Positions 1 through 12,639 of a stretch of 25,536 nucleotides of DNA are shown piece by piece. The stretch's first letter is position 1; the number at the start of each line of letters is the position of its first letter. The DNA is taken from contig CAXHJY010000848.1 in NCBI GenBank assembly GCA_964016885.1, positions 1 to 25,536 of the forward strand, read 5' to 3'. The position numbers and the translations under genes are program-made. Below the pieces are notes generated by a model, which ran no database searches, was not told the origin of the DNA, and worked only from the letters and a program-made list of their open reading frames with translations. Origin of the DNA: Eledone cirrhosa (Eukaryota).

Positions 1-127
1 TATTTGTGTATAATATCAATATACACACTACACATGCCGTAGCAGAAAACCACATGTAGGGTTGTTTTTCTGCTAGTTCTTATAATGATTAAGGCTCGAT
101 TTTATTCTCTGAATTCTATCTTGAGCT

Positions 128-208
<81 letters not shown>

Positions 209-240
209 TACTCATATATATTATATATACACACATATAT
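128..240. repeat. (CA)n/(TA)n microsatellite
   Basis: Direct reading of dinucleotide runs. Confidence 0.95.
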
Positions 241-527
241 AATAAATGTAATCTGAGTTTTTCGAATATTAATAATTGTTTCTACTTTAGGCACAAGGCC
301 AGCAATACCCAGTGCATTACTGGTACTTTATTTTCGAATATTAATAATAACATTCGATTTGTTTGCAATTATGCAAACAAGCCTCATTTTTAAAGCCATG
401 TCAACACAAAGAGCAAGAATGAAGGGTTCATTCTACTGACATGGCTTTAAAAATGATTCTCGTTTGCATAATTGGAAACGAATCGAATGTTATTATTAAT
501 ATTCGAAAAAATCAGATTACATTTATT
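241..527. mobile_element. MITE-like foldback element (~90-bp imperfect inverted arms), left arm interrupted by a SINE fragment
   Basis: 241-276 plus 349-403 (AATAAATGTAATCTGA...TTTTTAAAGCCATGTCA) is the reverse complement of 437-527 (TGACATGGCTTTAAAAATGA...TCAGATTACATTTATT) with few mismatches; no ORF. Confidence 0.6.
277..330 (-). mobile_element. 5'-truncated SINE 3' end with 18-bp target-site duplication
   Basis: TGTTTCTACTTTAGGCACAAGGCCAGCAAT...TTACTGGTACTTTA matches 2030-2085; flanked by direct repeat TTTTCGAATATTAATAAT at 259-276 and 331-348. Confidence 0.75.
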
Positions 528-570
528 GCATTCAGCCATGTAGAGCAAACATTTTTTTTTACATACATAC

Positions 571-1131
571 ATGGTGGCTGCCAACTCGTTTTCGAGTACG
601 GCCACTACTTTATATCCATGTAGGAGAACCCCTACCGATGCGCTGAACGAGTGTGACTTTTTAGTCCAGCCAGCGACTTGAAAACTCTGGTACAAACACT
701 ACACTTGTGACAATTATTGACACATAGTTGCTGGGCCCATGGTACCATGTGACGACAAGTGCAGAGAGATCTCCAGATATAAAGCAATGCCTGTGCCGTG
801 AAGCTTTTATAGTGAGCAAAGGCACTGCACAAAAGTCAGTCCCACTCTCTTAACCAAGATGTTTACCAAAAAGAAGAACAAGTGAACATCATTGGATACC
901 ATCAGGGTTGCAGGTGTTATATCAGACTTTTCCTTCTCCTCTAGAATTCTGCCTTGACAAAGGCTAAGGGGTCACATGTCTCCCCGGTGATTTTGGATGG
1001 CCATTGACTCTTAAGAGCTCCTTTGCCCTTTGACAGGTTTTGTTTTTAGTCCTGCAGGATGTCCAAAGTCACCCCTCCTCACCAAGAAACGTTGGTGGGG
1101 TTGCCAGTTTAGTCGCCAACGACCCGACCAT
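571..1131 (-). mobile_element. Short non-autonomous retroelement, probably RTE-LINE-derived (copy 1)
   Basis: Near-identical to 17548-18106. Minus strand encodes a terminal C2H2 finger ([22 protein letters not shown]) as at RTE ORF ends, then a short 3' UTR and a (CCA)n tail; no RT motifs. Confidence 0.65.
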
Positions 1132-1385
1132 GGGACAGGTCGTTGACGACTAAATACATACATAGCATACATACATACATATGCATATATATATATAATA
1201 TTATATATATGTGTGTAAATATATATATATATAAATAATAATAATACATATAGTAATAAACACAGTAAATTGTATGTTTAAAAATTACGAGGGTTGAGAT
1301 ACCACGTTGGTTTGACAGATTTAACCTGAAGCAAACGAAAAATACAGGATAAAGAGTAAAATGTACTGACCGTTTCAATAAGTAT

Positions 1386-1477
1386 TCATCTCCCGGACAG
1401 ATTAAAGATTTAATCTGTTTCGCCCTGTGAATTGTGTTTGTAAGAGATAATCCGTAGGCATCATCGGCGAGAGATAA
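1386..1477 (-). ncRNA. Type I hammerhead ribozyme-like motif, variant core CCGAUGA
   Basis: Minus strand: TTATCTCTCG-CCGATGA-T-GCC...GGC-GAAA-CAGATTAAA-TC-TTTAATCTG-TC-CGGGAGATGA. Stem I ~10 bp (with G-U), 9-bp inverted repeat in stem III, GUC site. Confidence 0.7.
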
Positions 1478-1667
1478 GATCAAATAAGGCAAACACCTAA
1501 AACTAAAAGCTACACGAATGAGTGAATCGGCTAGAAATAATAGCCGAAATCCACTCAACTTATGAGCTCACCAAGTTAAGAGGCCGAAATTCAAATAAAA
1601 GGCAGAGTTAAAAGCTCATATTAATACTCTGTAATTAACAAGCTCAAAGTATAAATACTGAGCATTA

Positions 1668-1697
<30 letters not shown>

Positions 1698-1705
<8 letters not shown>

Positions 1706-1867
1706 TAACAGATTAAAGTTTAAGCAAAGAATCGCTGCTTTTCACCCTTAACGGGATATTCTGAAAACTAAAAAAAATCAATATATGAACGCAGAAGTAA
1801 ATATTTCGGAAAACGTTGTAACCGAAAGGAAAACAGGAAGGCTATACTTTGGTTCGTGAGGACGTTC
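1698..1867 (-). mobile_element. PLE pseudo-LTR/3' fragment homologous to 12361-12526
   Basis: TATTAAAATAACAGATTAAAGTTTAAGCAAAGAATCGCTGC...TACTTTGGTTCGTG aligns with the region downstream of the GIY-YIG ORF. Confidence 0.7.
1717..1769 (-). ncRNA. Degenerate hammerhead-like motif (CAGAAUA core), paralogue of 12380-12430
   Basis: Minus strand AGTTTT-CAGAATA-T-CCC-GTTAA-GGG-T-GAAAA-GCA...TGCT-T-AAACT. Confidence 0.35.
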
Positions 1868-2023
1868 CCTGACAATGAACGGAAAAAACTGAAGATAATA
1901 CGTCGTTATGTGGAGCGCAAGAACAAATACACGCAAAAGACAAAACCACGTTTATGGTATAAATGGAGTCGTAGACTAATATTCTATTTAGGAACCCGAA
2001 TGATTATCGGCTTCGGAGTGAAG

Positions 2024-2200
2024 AATAATTGTTTCTACTTTTGGCACAAGGTCAGCAATTATACCAGAATATTACTGGTACTTTATTTTATCGACCACGT
2101 AAGGATGAAACGTAAAGTTAACCTCGACAAGATTTGATCTTAGACTGTAAAGGGACGTAAATATGCTAGAAATTATAATGTAAATAAGATTTGTTGAACG
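2024..2200 (-). mobile_element. Degenerate tRNA-derived SINE, octopus-SINE-like
   Basis: ACTGGTACTTTATTTTATCGACCACGTAAGGATGAAACGTAAAGTTAACCTCGACAAGATTTGA resembles the antisense of a SINE body after a B-box (recalled, not searched); 3' end shared with 277-330; 5' boundary approximate. Confidence 0.65.
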
Positions 2201-2253
2201 AAAATGACAAAGGTTATTCAAATCATAAAAGAAATAATGTTTAAAATTAATAC

Positions 2254-2256
<3 letters not shown>

Positions 2257-2320
<64 letters not shown>

Positions 2321-2828
2321 TATATATACACATATATATATATATACACATATATATATACACACATATATATATACACACATATATATATATACACACA
2401 TATATATATACACACATATATATATATACACATATATATATACACATATATATATACACACATATTATATATACACATATATATATAGCACATATATATA
2501 TACACATATATATATATACACATATATATATATACATATATATATATACATATATATATACACATGTATATAGATATACATATATATATATACACATATA
2601 TATACATACATATATATATACACATTATATATATACACATATATATACATACATATATATATATACACATATATATACATACATATATATATATACACAT
2701 ATATATACATACATATATATATATACACATATATATACATACATATATATATATACACATATATATACATACGTATATATATATACACATATATATACAT
2801 ATATATACATACATATATATATATACAC

Positions 2829-2868
<40 letters not shown>

Positions 2869-2872
2869 ACAC

Positions 2873-2912
<40 letters not shown>

Positions 2913-3266
2913 ACACATATATATACATACATATATATATATACACATATATATACATACATATATATATATATATACATATATATACATACATATATAT
3001 ACATATATATATATATACATATATATACATATATTATACATACATATATATATATACATATATATATATACATACATATATATATATATACATATATATA
3101 CATACATAATATATATATATACATATATATACATACATATTATATATATATACATATATATACATACATATATATATATATACATACATACATATATATA
3201 CATATACATACATACATACATATATATATGTACATACATATATATATATATACATATCATATAATA
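2257..3266. repeat. (TA)n/(TACA) compound microsatellite, including a 30-bp higher-order repeat x5 at 2641-2790
   Basis: ATATATACATACATATATATATATACACAT repeated five times with one substitution. Confidence 0.95.
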
Positions 3267-5245
3267 TTCTTTTACCTGTTTCAGCCATCCGGCTGAGGCC
3301 ATGCTGGGGCATCGCCCTTGTTGCTACACATTTTATCTCCAGCCTGTATAGGTTGGCCACTGGTGCTAGGAGGGAGTTTGTTGCTGCTGCCCTTAAGGTT
3401 TCCCTCGTGTCTTGCTGTGGGCTCATCCGGGATCCATGGATAACAAGGTGTCGAGATGTTTCTTAAAGACATCCACCTCCACGTCATGCAAGTCTCGCAG
3501 ATGCCTCGGCAGCCTGTTGAAGAGTTGAGGGCCCTTGAATCCCAGGTCTATTGCAATACCTGCCTCCTTATTCTAGATGTGGAAGACGGGACCTTTGGCA
3601 CCACACAGTGACGTCCTGTTCGACGGTTGGTCCAGCTCCCAATGTCAAAGTTTGGTGCTAGTCCCTCCAGGATTTTCCACCTGTAGATCACTGCGTATCT
3701 CTCCCGTCTTCGCTCCAAGGAGTAGAGGTTCAGTTCCCTCAGCCTCTCCCAGTAGCTTGTCTCCCTCATCTTGGCAATCCTCTTGGTGTAGACTTCGCTG
3801 GATTGCCTCACAAGCTCTGTGGTCTAGTTTGACACTATGGGCGTGACCACAGCTCGGGAGCAGTAGTCCAGGCGGCTTAGGACAAAAGTCCAACCACAGT
3901 GTCAACATGGTGTCTCGATCTCTTGTAAGGAAAGTCCTCAAGATCCAGCCAGCGAATCGTCTACAGTGCCTGTCGCCCAACACTTCATGATGTGTGAAGA
4001 AAAAGATGCATCATCGCTCATAGTCTATGCCCAGGTCTCGTATCGATTTTGACACGGGGATATCGGTCCCTCCTGGTCCTGTGTAAGCCTGCTGTTCCGC
4101 CTATATTTGTGTTTGTGTTTGCAGGTTTGTATTGTAGGGCTTGGAACTGCATGTTGTTTTCTTCCGCCCCATCTGTATATGGCATCCAGATCCTGCTGTA
4201 AGAGGGCAGCGTCAGCCGGGTTTTTGATTGCCTGTGCTACCTTATGTGTCATCAGCATAGCTAGTGAGGGATGTTGTTGCATGCACCACAGAGGGCATGT
4301 CCGAGAGAGCCACCAAAAACAGTAGTGGGTCCCAGGACTGTCCCCTGAGGCCACCCCACTTGTTATCGGTGTTTCCCTCGAGAGGGCCCCATTTGCTGCG
4401 ACTGCCTGGCTTCTGTCCCTCAGGAAGCCATGCAGCCACCTCACCTACTTTTCCAGTTATGCCCGATTCCGTGTAGTTTGTGACATATCATTCCGTGGTC
4501 GACCTTGTCAAAGGCCTTCGCAAAGTCAAGATACATCACGTCTACATGTGAGCTGTCTAGTAGCTGTCTCAGTACCCAGTCGTAGTGATGTAGCAGCTGT
4601 GTAAGGCAGCCTTCTTCCTGGGCGGAAGCCATGTTGCGTGCTAGTCAGGCGGTCATTTTCTTCGAGGAAAGTGATTAGTTTCTTTCTGACGACTCGCCTC
4701 TCATGACCTTACTTGATAATGCGACGTCAGGGAGACTGGCCTATTGTTCTTGGCCTCCGCTCTACTACCTCCTTTATGGATAGGGCATACTACCTCCTTT
4801 TATGGATAGGCCTTCTTTCAGCTCCTGGGTAGTACACACCGCTAGCCAAGGAGCTTACTGAAAGAGCATCTTCAGTGGAGTTGCATAAGGCCCGCTTACA
4901 TATTTTTAGGAGAACTGCCTGGGAATCCATCAGGTCCAGCAGCCGAGTCTGTTCTAATTTCATCAATGGCGTACACCACATCCTCCTCCGTTATGTCTAT
5001 GTGGTTGATGGTTGCCATTTCTTGATGTAGTGCTGTGTGGCATCAAAGAACTCCTCTGGCTTCGTTATTTGCATGTGCCTCAGTGGACATGTGAAGACAC
5101 TTTTGTACTGTTCGTTCAGTATTTCACATATCTCTTTGGGGATTTTCGTAATGAACCGTCCGTGTGGAAGAGTGGTCCAATCTTGCAGCGTGTACTGAGG
5201 CAGGTTTCTTTTGCAAATTTAAAGAAGGCCTTAGGGTTTGTTTTA
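3267..5245 (-). mobile_element. CR1/L2-group non-LTR retrotransposon, 5'-truncated, frameshifted RT pseudogene (copy 1)
   Basis: Motifs split over frames: YLDFAKAFDKVDH, PLLFLVALSD, SYADDT, SYWERLRELNLYSLERRRERY; 3' stem-loop TCAGCC-ATCC-GGCTGA (3281-3296); aligns with copy 2. Confidence 0.93.
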
Positions 5246-5414
5246 TACATACATATATATATACATATACATATATATACATATATATACATATACATAC
5301 ATATATATATACATATATATACATATACATACATATATAATTATACATATATATACATATACATACATATATATATACATATATATACATATATATATAT
5401 ATACATATATATAC

Positions 5415-5451
<37 letters not shown>

Positions 5452-5627
5452 CATATATATACATATATATATATATACATATATATACATATATATATAT
5501 ATACATATATATATTTATATATATACATATAATATACATATATATATACATATATATACATATATATATATATACATATATATACACATATATATATATA
5601 TACATATATATACATATATATATATAC

Positions 5628-5658
<31 letters not shown>

Positions 5659-5905
5659 CATATATATATATACATATATATATATATACATATACATATA
5701 TATACATATATATACATATATATCATACATATACATACATATACATACATATATATACATATATATACATACATATACATACATATATATACATATACAT
5801 ACATATACATACATATATATACATATACATACAATATACATACATATACATACATATATATACATATACATACATATACATACATATATATACATATACA
5901 TACAT

Positions 5906-5948
<43 letters not shown>

Positions 5949-6110
5949 ATATATATACATACATAATATATATATATATATACATACATATATATATATA
6001 TATATACATATACATACATATATATACATATATATACATATACATACATATACATACATATATATACATATATATACATAATACATACATATACATACAT
6101 ATATATACAT

Positions 6111-6152
<42 letters not shown>

Positions 6153-6171
6153 TATATACATACATATATAT

Positions 6172-6202
<31 letters not shown>

Positions 6203-6271
6203 ATATATATATATAATATACATATACATACATATACATACATATATATATATATATACATATACATACAT

Positions 6272-6314
<43 letters not shown>

Positions 6315-6424
6315 CATACATATATATATATATATATAATATATATTTATTATATATATATATATATATACATATAATATATTATATATACATATATATA
6401 TATACATATATATATTACATATAC
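5246..6424. repeat. (TA)n/(TACA) compound microsatellite between the two LINE copies
   Basis: Direct reading. Confidence 0.95.
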
Positions 6425-8885
6425 TCTTTTTACCTGTTTCAGCCATCGCGCTGAGGCAATGCTGGGGCACCGCCCTTGTTGCTACACATTTTATCTCCAG
6501 CCTGTATAGGTTGGCCACTGGTGTAAGAGGGAGTTTGTTGCTGCTGCCCTTAGGTTTCCCTCGTGCCTTGCTGTGGGCTCATCCGGGATCCTGGATAACA
6601 AGGTGTCGAGATGTTTCTTAAAGACATCCACCTCCGTCATGCAAATCTGTCAGATCCCTCGACAGCTTGTTGAAGAGTTGAGGGCCTCTTGAATCCCAGG
6701 CTATTGCAAATACCTGCCTCCTTATTCTAGATGTGGAAGTACGGGACCTTTGGCACCACACAGTGACGTCCCGTTTCGAACGGTTGGTCCAGCTCCCAAT
6801 GCCTGTAGATCACTGTGTATCTCTCCCGTCTTCGTTCCAAGGAGTAGAGGTTCAGTTCCTTTAGCCTCTCCCAGTAGCTTGTCTCCTTCATCGTGGCAAT
6901 CCTTTTGGTGTAGCTTCGCTGGATTGCCTCAAGCTCCGTGGTTAGTTTGACACTATGGGGTGACCACAACTGGGAGCAGTAGTCCAGGCGGCTTAGGACA
7001 AATGTCCTCCATAGTGTCAACATGGTGTCTCGGTCTCTTGTCCGGAAAGTCCTCAAGATCCAGCCAGCGAGTCGTCTGCACATTGTCGCCACCTTCATGA
7101 TGTGTGAAGAAAAAGATGCATCATCGTTCATGTCTATGCCCAGGTCTCGTATCGATTTTGACACGGGGATATCGGTCCCTCCTGGTCCTGTGTAGTTGTG
7201 TTCTACTATATTTGTGTTTGCAGGTTTGTTTGGAGGTTTGTATTGTAGGGCTTGGAATTTGCTAGCATTAAACTGCATGTTGTTTTCTTCCGCCCATTTG
7301 TATATGGCATCCAGATCCTGCTGTAAAAGGGCAGCGTCAGCCTGGTTTTTGATTGCCTGTGCTACCTTAGTGTCATCAGCATAGCTAGTGAGGGATGTTG
7401 CTGTATGTACTACAGAGGCATGTCTGAGAGAGCCACCAAAAACAGTAGTGGTCCCAGGACTGTCCCCTGGGGCACCCCACTTATTATTGGTGTTTCCTTT
7501 GAGAGGGCCCCATTTGCTGCGACTGCCTGGCTTCTGTCCTTTAGGAAGTCATGCAGCCACTCACCTACTATTCCAGTTATGCCGAGTCCGTGTATTTGTG
7601 ACATATCATTCCGTGGTCGACCTTGTCAAAGGCCTTCGCAAAGTCAAGATATATCACGTCCACATGTGAGCTGTCTAGTAGTTGTTTCAGTACCCAGTCG
7701 TAGTGATGTAGCAGCTGTGTAAGGCAGCTTCTTCCTGAGCGGAAGCCATGTTGCGTGCTAGTCAGGCGGTCATTTTCCTCGAGGAAAGTGATCAGTTTCT
7801 TTCTGACGACTCGCTCCATGACCTTACTGATATGTGACGTCAGGGAGACTGGCCTATAGTTTTTGGCCTCCGCTCTGCTACCTCCTTTATGGATAGGACA
7901 TATTGTGCCTTCTTTCAGCTCCCTGGGTAGTACACCGCTAGCCAAGGAGCTTCTGAAGAGCATCTTCAGTGGAGTTGCTAAGGCCCGCTTACATATTTTT
8001 AAGAGAACTGCTGGGAATCCATCAGGTCCAGCAACCGAGTCTGTTCTAATTTCATCAATGGCGTACACCACATCCTCCTCCGTTATGTCTATGTGGTTGA
8101 TGGTTGCCATTTCTTCATGTAGTGTTGTGGCATCAAAGGACTCCTCTGGCTTCGTTATTTGCATGTGCCTCAGTGGACATGTGAAGACACTTTTGTACTG
8201 TTCGTTCAGTATTTCACATATCTCTTGGGGGTTTCCGGTTAATGAACCGTCCGTATGGAAGAGTGGCCCGATCTTGCAGTGTACTGAGGCAGTTTCTTTT
8301 GCAAATTTAAAGAAGGACTTAGGGTTTGTTTTAATGTTTTCTATGGCCCTGTTCTCTTTCTTTGCCCTCTCATTCTCATGGGAAAGCTTGAGTGCAATCT
8401 CGGTGTCAAGTAGTGCACATTTCAAATAGGATTCCTTCTTTTTTTTGTTTTGTTGATTATTCAACTGCTTTGAGAGCTTGGTTCTACGTCTCATAATGAT
8501 TTTCCTATCTCTGGGAATAAGAGTTTTGTGTCTGTTTGCCTTTTTCTCCGGGACAAACTTTTTGCATATAGTGTGTATCGTTGTCATGAAGTGTTGAAAT
8601 TGTGTGTTAGTGTCTTGTGTGGCGGTGTTTTCACTCAACGTTTGCTTCCGGATTTCTCTCTTAATCTTTTTCCAGTTAGCCTTGTAGAAGTTAAGGCTGG
8701 ATAACGTCCCGGAGCTTCTTGGTGGTTTTGTCTCTGTTGGTTCTCTTGGACCACATATCATTAGCTCTACTAAGTTATGATCCGAGAGAATAGTTGGTGT
8801 CACCTTTACATTGTGCATGAGCACTTCGTTGTTTGTAAAACAGAGGTCCAGGACATTTTCGCCTCTTGTTGAAATTCGTTTGTTT
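6425..8885 (-). mobile_element. CR1/L2-group non-LTR retrotransposon, 5'-truncated within the APE endonuclease C-terminus (copy 2)
   Basis: TRGENVLDLCFTN and LSDHNLV (APE end), AGPDGFP, NYRPVSLTSHISKVMERVV, QHGFRSGRSC, YLDFAKAFDKVDH, SGVPQGTVLGPLLFL, YADD at 7372-7383; same 3' end as copy 1. Confidence 0.95.
6727..8870 (-). pseudogene. LINE ORF2 (APE C-terminus, linker, reverse transcriptase) broken by frameshifts
   Basis: ORF pieces 7577-8968, 7410-7604 and 6727-7278 are consecutive parts of one protein in different frames. Confidence 0.9.
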
Positions 8886-8891
8886 GAATTC

Positions 8892-9206
8892 ATATGATTC
8901 CAGTTCCTCAGTGAAATAACAACCCAACCAGGAACTGGGCATATCAGAGTATTGAGAAAATTATACACCTCAACAACATATGTACTTGTCTATACCACAC
9001 TAATTCAAACTGCCTGAAGAGGTTACAGCCAAAGATGGCTGTCACTGAAATATATATAGCAGTAATAAACGAAGCTAAATTTTAAACATTTGACTTTTTA
9101 TTTAACTTTATTTTACATTACTCCGGAGCAACCAAACTGCGCACTTCGTCGAGTGCTCCAGCCTGCATACTGAGGTGTTGGTATACAACCAACATATACT
9201 CAAAAT
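8892..9206 (+). mobile_element. PLE-type pseudo-LTR element with hammerhead, copy A (hairpin loop plus right arm only)
   Basis: Aligns with ~11680-11998; hammerhead followed by AATAAA; runs into (TA)n. Confidence 0.8.
9009..9063 (+). ncRNA. Minimal type I hammerhead ribozyme (PLE-type)
   Basis: ACTGC-CTGAAGA-G-GTTACAGCCA-AAGA-TGGCTGTCAC-T-GAAA-TATATA-TA-GCAGT: canonical core, stem I ACTGC/GCAGT, palindromic mini stem III; predicted cleavage after 9058. Confidence 0.85.
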
Positions 9207-11509
<2,303 letters not shown>

Positions 11510-11560
11510 TAAAATAAAGTTAAATAAAAGTCAAATGATTAAAATTTAGCTTCGTTTATT

Positions 11561-11615
11561 ACTGCTATATATATTTCAGTGACAGCCATCTTTGGCTGTG
11601 ACCTCTTCAGGCAGT
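11561..11615 (-). ncRNA. Minimal type I hammerhead ribozyme (left arm)
   Basis: Reverse complement of 11797-11851. Confidence 0.85.
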
Positions 11616-11796
11616 TTGAATTAGTATGGTATAGACAAGTACATATGTTGTTTAGGTGTATGATATTGTCAATACTCTGATATGACTCCAGTTCCCCAGT
11701 GAATTAACAACCCAACAAGGAACTGGGCATATCAGAGTATTGACAATATCATACACCTAAACAACATATGTACTTGTCTATACCATACTAATTCAA

Positions 11797-11851
11797 ACTG
11801 CCTGAAGAGGTCACAGCCAAAGATGGCTGTCACTGAAATATATATAGCAGT
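11797..11851 (+). ncRNA. Minimal type I hammerhead ribozyme (right arm)
   Basis: ACTGC-CTGAAGA-G-GTCACAGCCA-AAGA-TGGCTGTCAC-T-GAAA-TATATA-TA-GCAGT-AATAAA; predicted cleavage after 11846. Confidence 0.85.
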
Positions 11852-11998
11852 AATAAACGAAGCTAAATTTTAATCATTTGACTTTTATTTAACTTTATTT
11901 TACATTACTCCGGAGTAACCAAACCAACCTGCGCACTTCGTCGAGTGCTCCAGCCTGCATACTGAGGTGTTGGTATACAACCAACATAAACTCTAAAT

Positions 11999-12228
11999 AT
12001 ATACATATATATAAATATATATATACATATATATACATATATATATATAAATATATATATATACATATATATACATATATATATATACATATATATATAT
12101 ATAAATATATATATACATATATATATATATACATATATACACATATAAATATATATATATACATATATACACATATAAATATATATATACATATATATAC
12201 ATATATACACATATATATATATATATAA

Positions 12229-12261
<33 letters not shown>

Positions 12262-12269
12262 AATATATA
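11999..12269. repeat. (TA)n compound microsatellite
   Basis: Direct reading. Confidence 0.93.
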
Positions 12270-12379
12270 GTAATAATAATAAATTTGAAGACTAAAATCC
12301 AAAGAGGGCTCGATAAGGATAAATATATATCAAATATATAAAAACCGTAGAGCAAATATTTATTAAAATAACAGATTAA

Positions 12380-12430
12380 AGTTTAAGCAAAGAATCGCTG
12401 CTTTCACCCTTAACGGGATCTTCTGAAACT
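12380..12430 (-). ncRNA. Hammerhead-like motif with variant core CAGAAGA
   Basis: Minus strand AGTTT-CAGAAGA-T-CCC-GTTAA-GGG-T-GAAA-GCA-GCGATTCTT-TGCT-T-AAACT; all three stems pair; located where PLE hammerheads usually lie. Confidence 0.55.
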
Positions 12431-12639
12431 AACAAAGTCAATCTGTAAACGCAGAACTGGATATTTCAAAAAACGTTGCAACCGGAGGAAGACAGGAAGA
12501 CGATACTTTGGTTCGTGGAAACGTTCGTTATGCAAATAAGTAAAGGTAATAACAAAACATACTTAGCTCCCACATCAAGACGTAAAAAATCCACGTATAG
12601 ATCGTACTATTCGTTAGGGTATAGCGTGGGGCTGTAATA

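Larger units (their letters stand above)
11510..11998. mobile_element. PLE-type pseudo-LTR element, copy B, head-to-head palindrome with 175-bp arms
   Basis: 11510-11684 is the reverse complement of 11728-11902 (no mismatch seen); 43-bp spacer with further CCAGTTCC/GGAACTGG pairing; right arm continues ~95 bp. Confidence 0.85.

Noticed and set aside
5-75. Small hairpins TGTGTATA/TATACACA and TAGCAGAAAA/TTTTCTGCTA
   Set aside because: Short arms in AT-rich DNA at the window edge; no assignable function
632-832. C2H2 zinc-finger host gene
   Set aside because: Single finger inside a repeated element with a tandem tail; the frame is disrupted differently in the second copy
1109-1558. 149-aa minus-strand ORF
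   Set aside because: Crosses a microsatellite, a ribozyme motif and an element boundary; no recognisable domain
1559-1612. Possible further hammerhead CTTATGA-GCTC...GAGGCC-GAAA
   Set aside because: G5 is missing and no convincing stem I or stem III could be drawn
2641-2790. 30-bp periodic repeat as a CRISPR-like array
   Set aside because: No spacers, low complexity, eukaryotic context and no cas genes
7863-8429. 188-aa plus-strand ORF
   Set aside because: Antisense shadow of LINE ORF2
8890-8968. N-terminus of the 463-aa ORF as a real gene start
   Set aside because: Derived from the antisense of the adjacent non-coding hammerhead element; chance read-through across the junction
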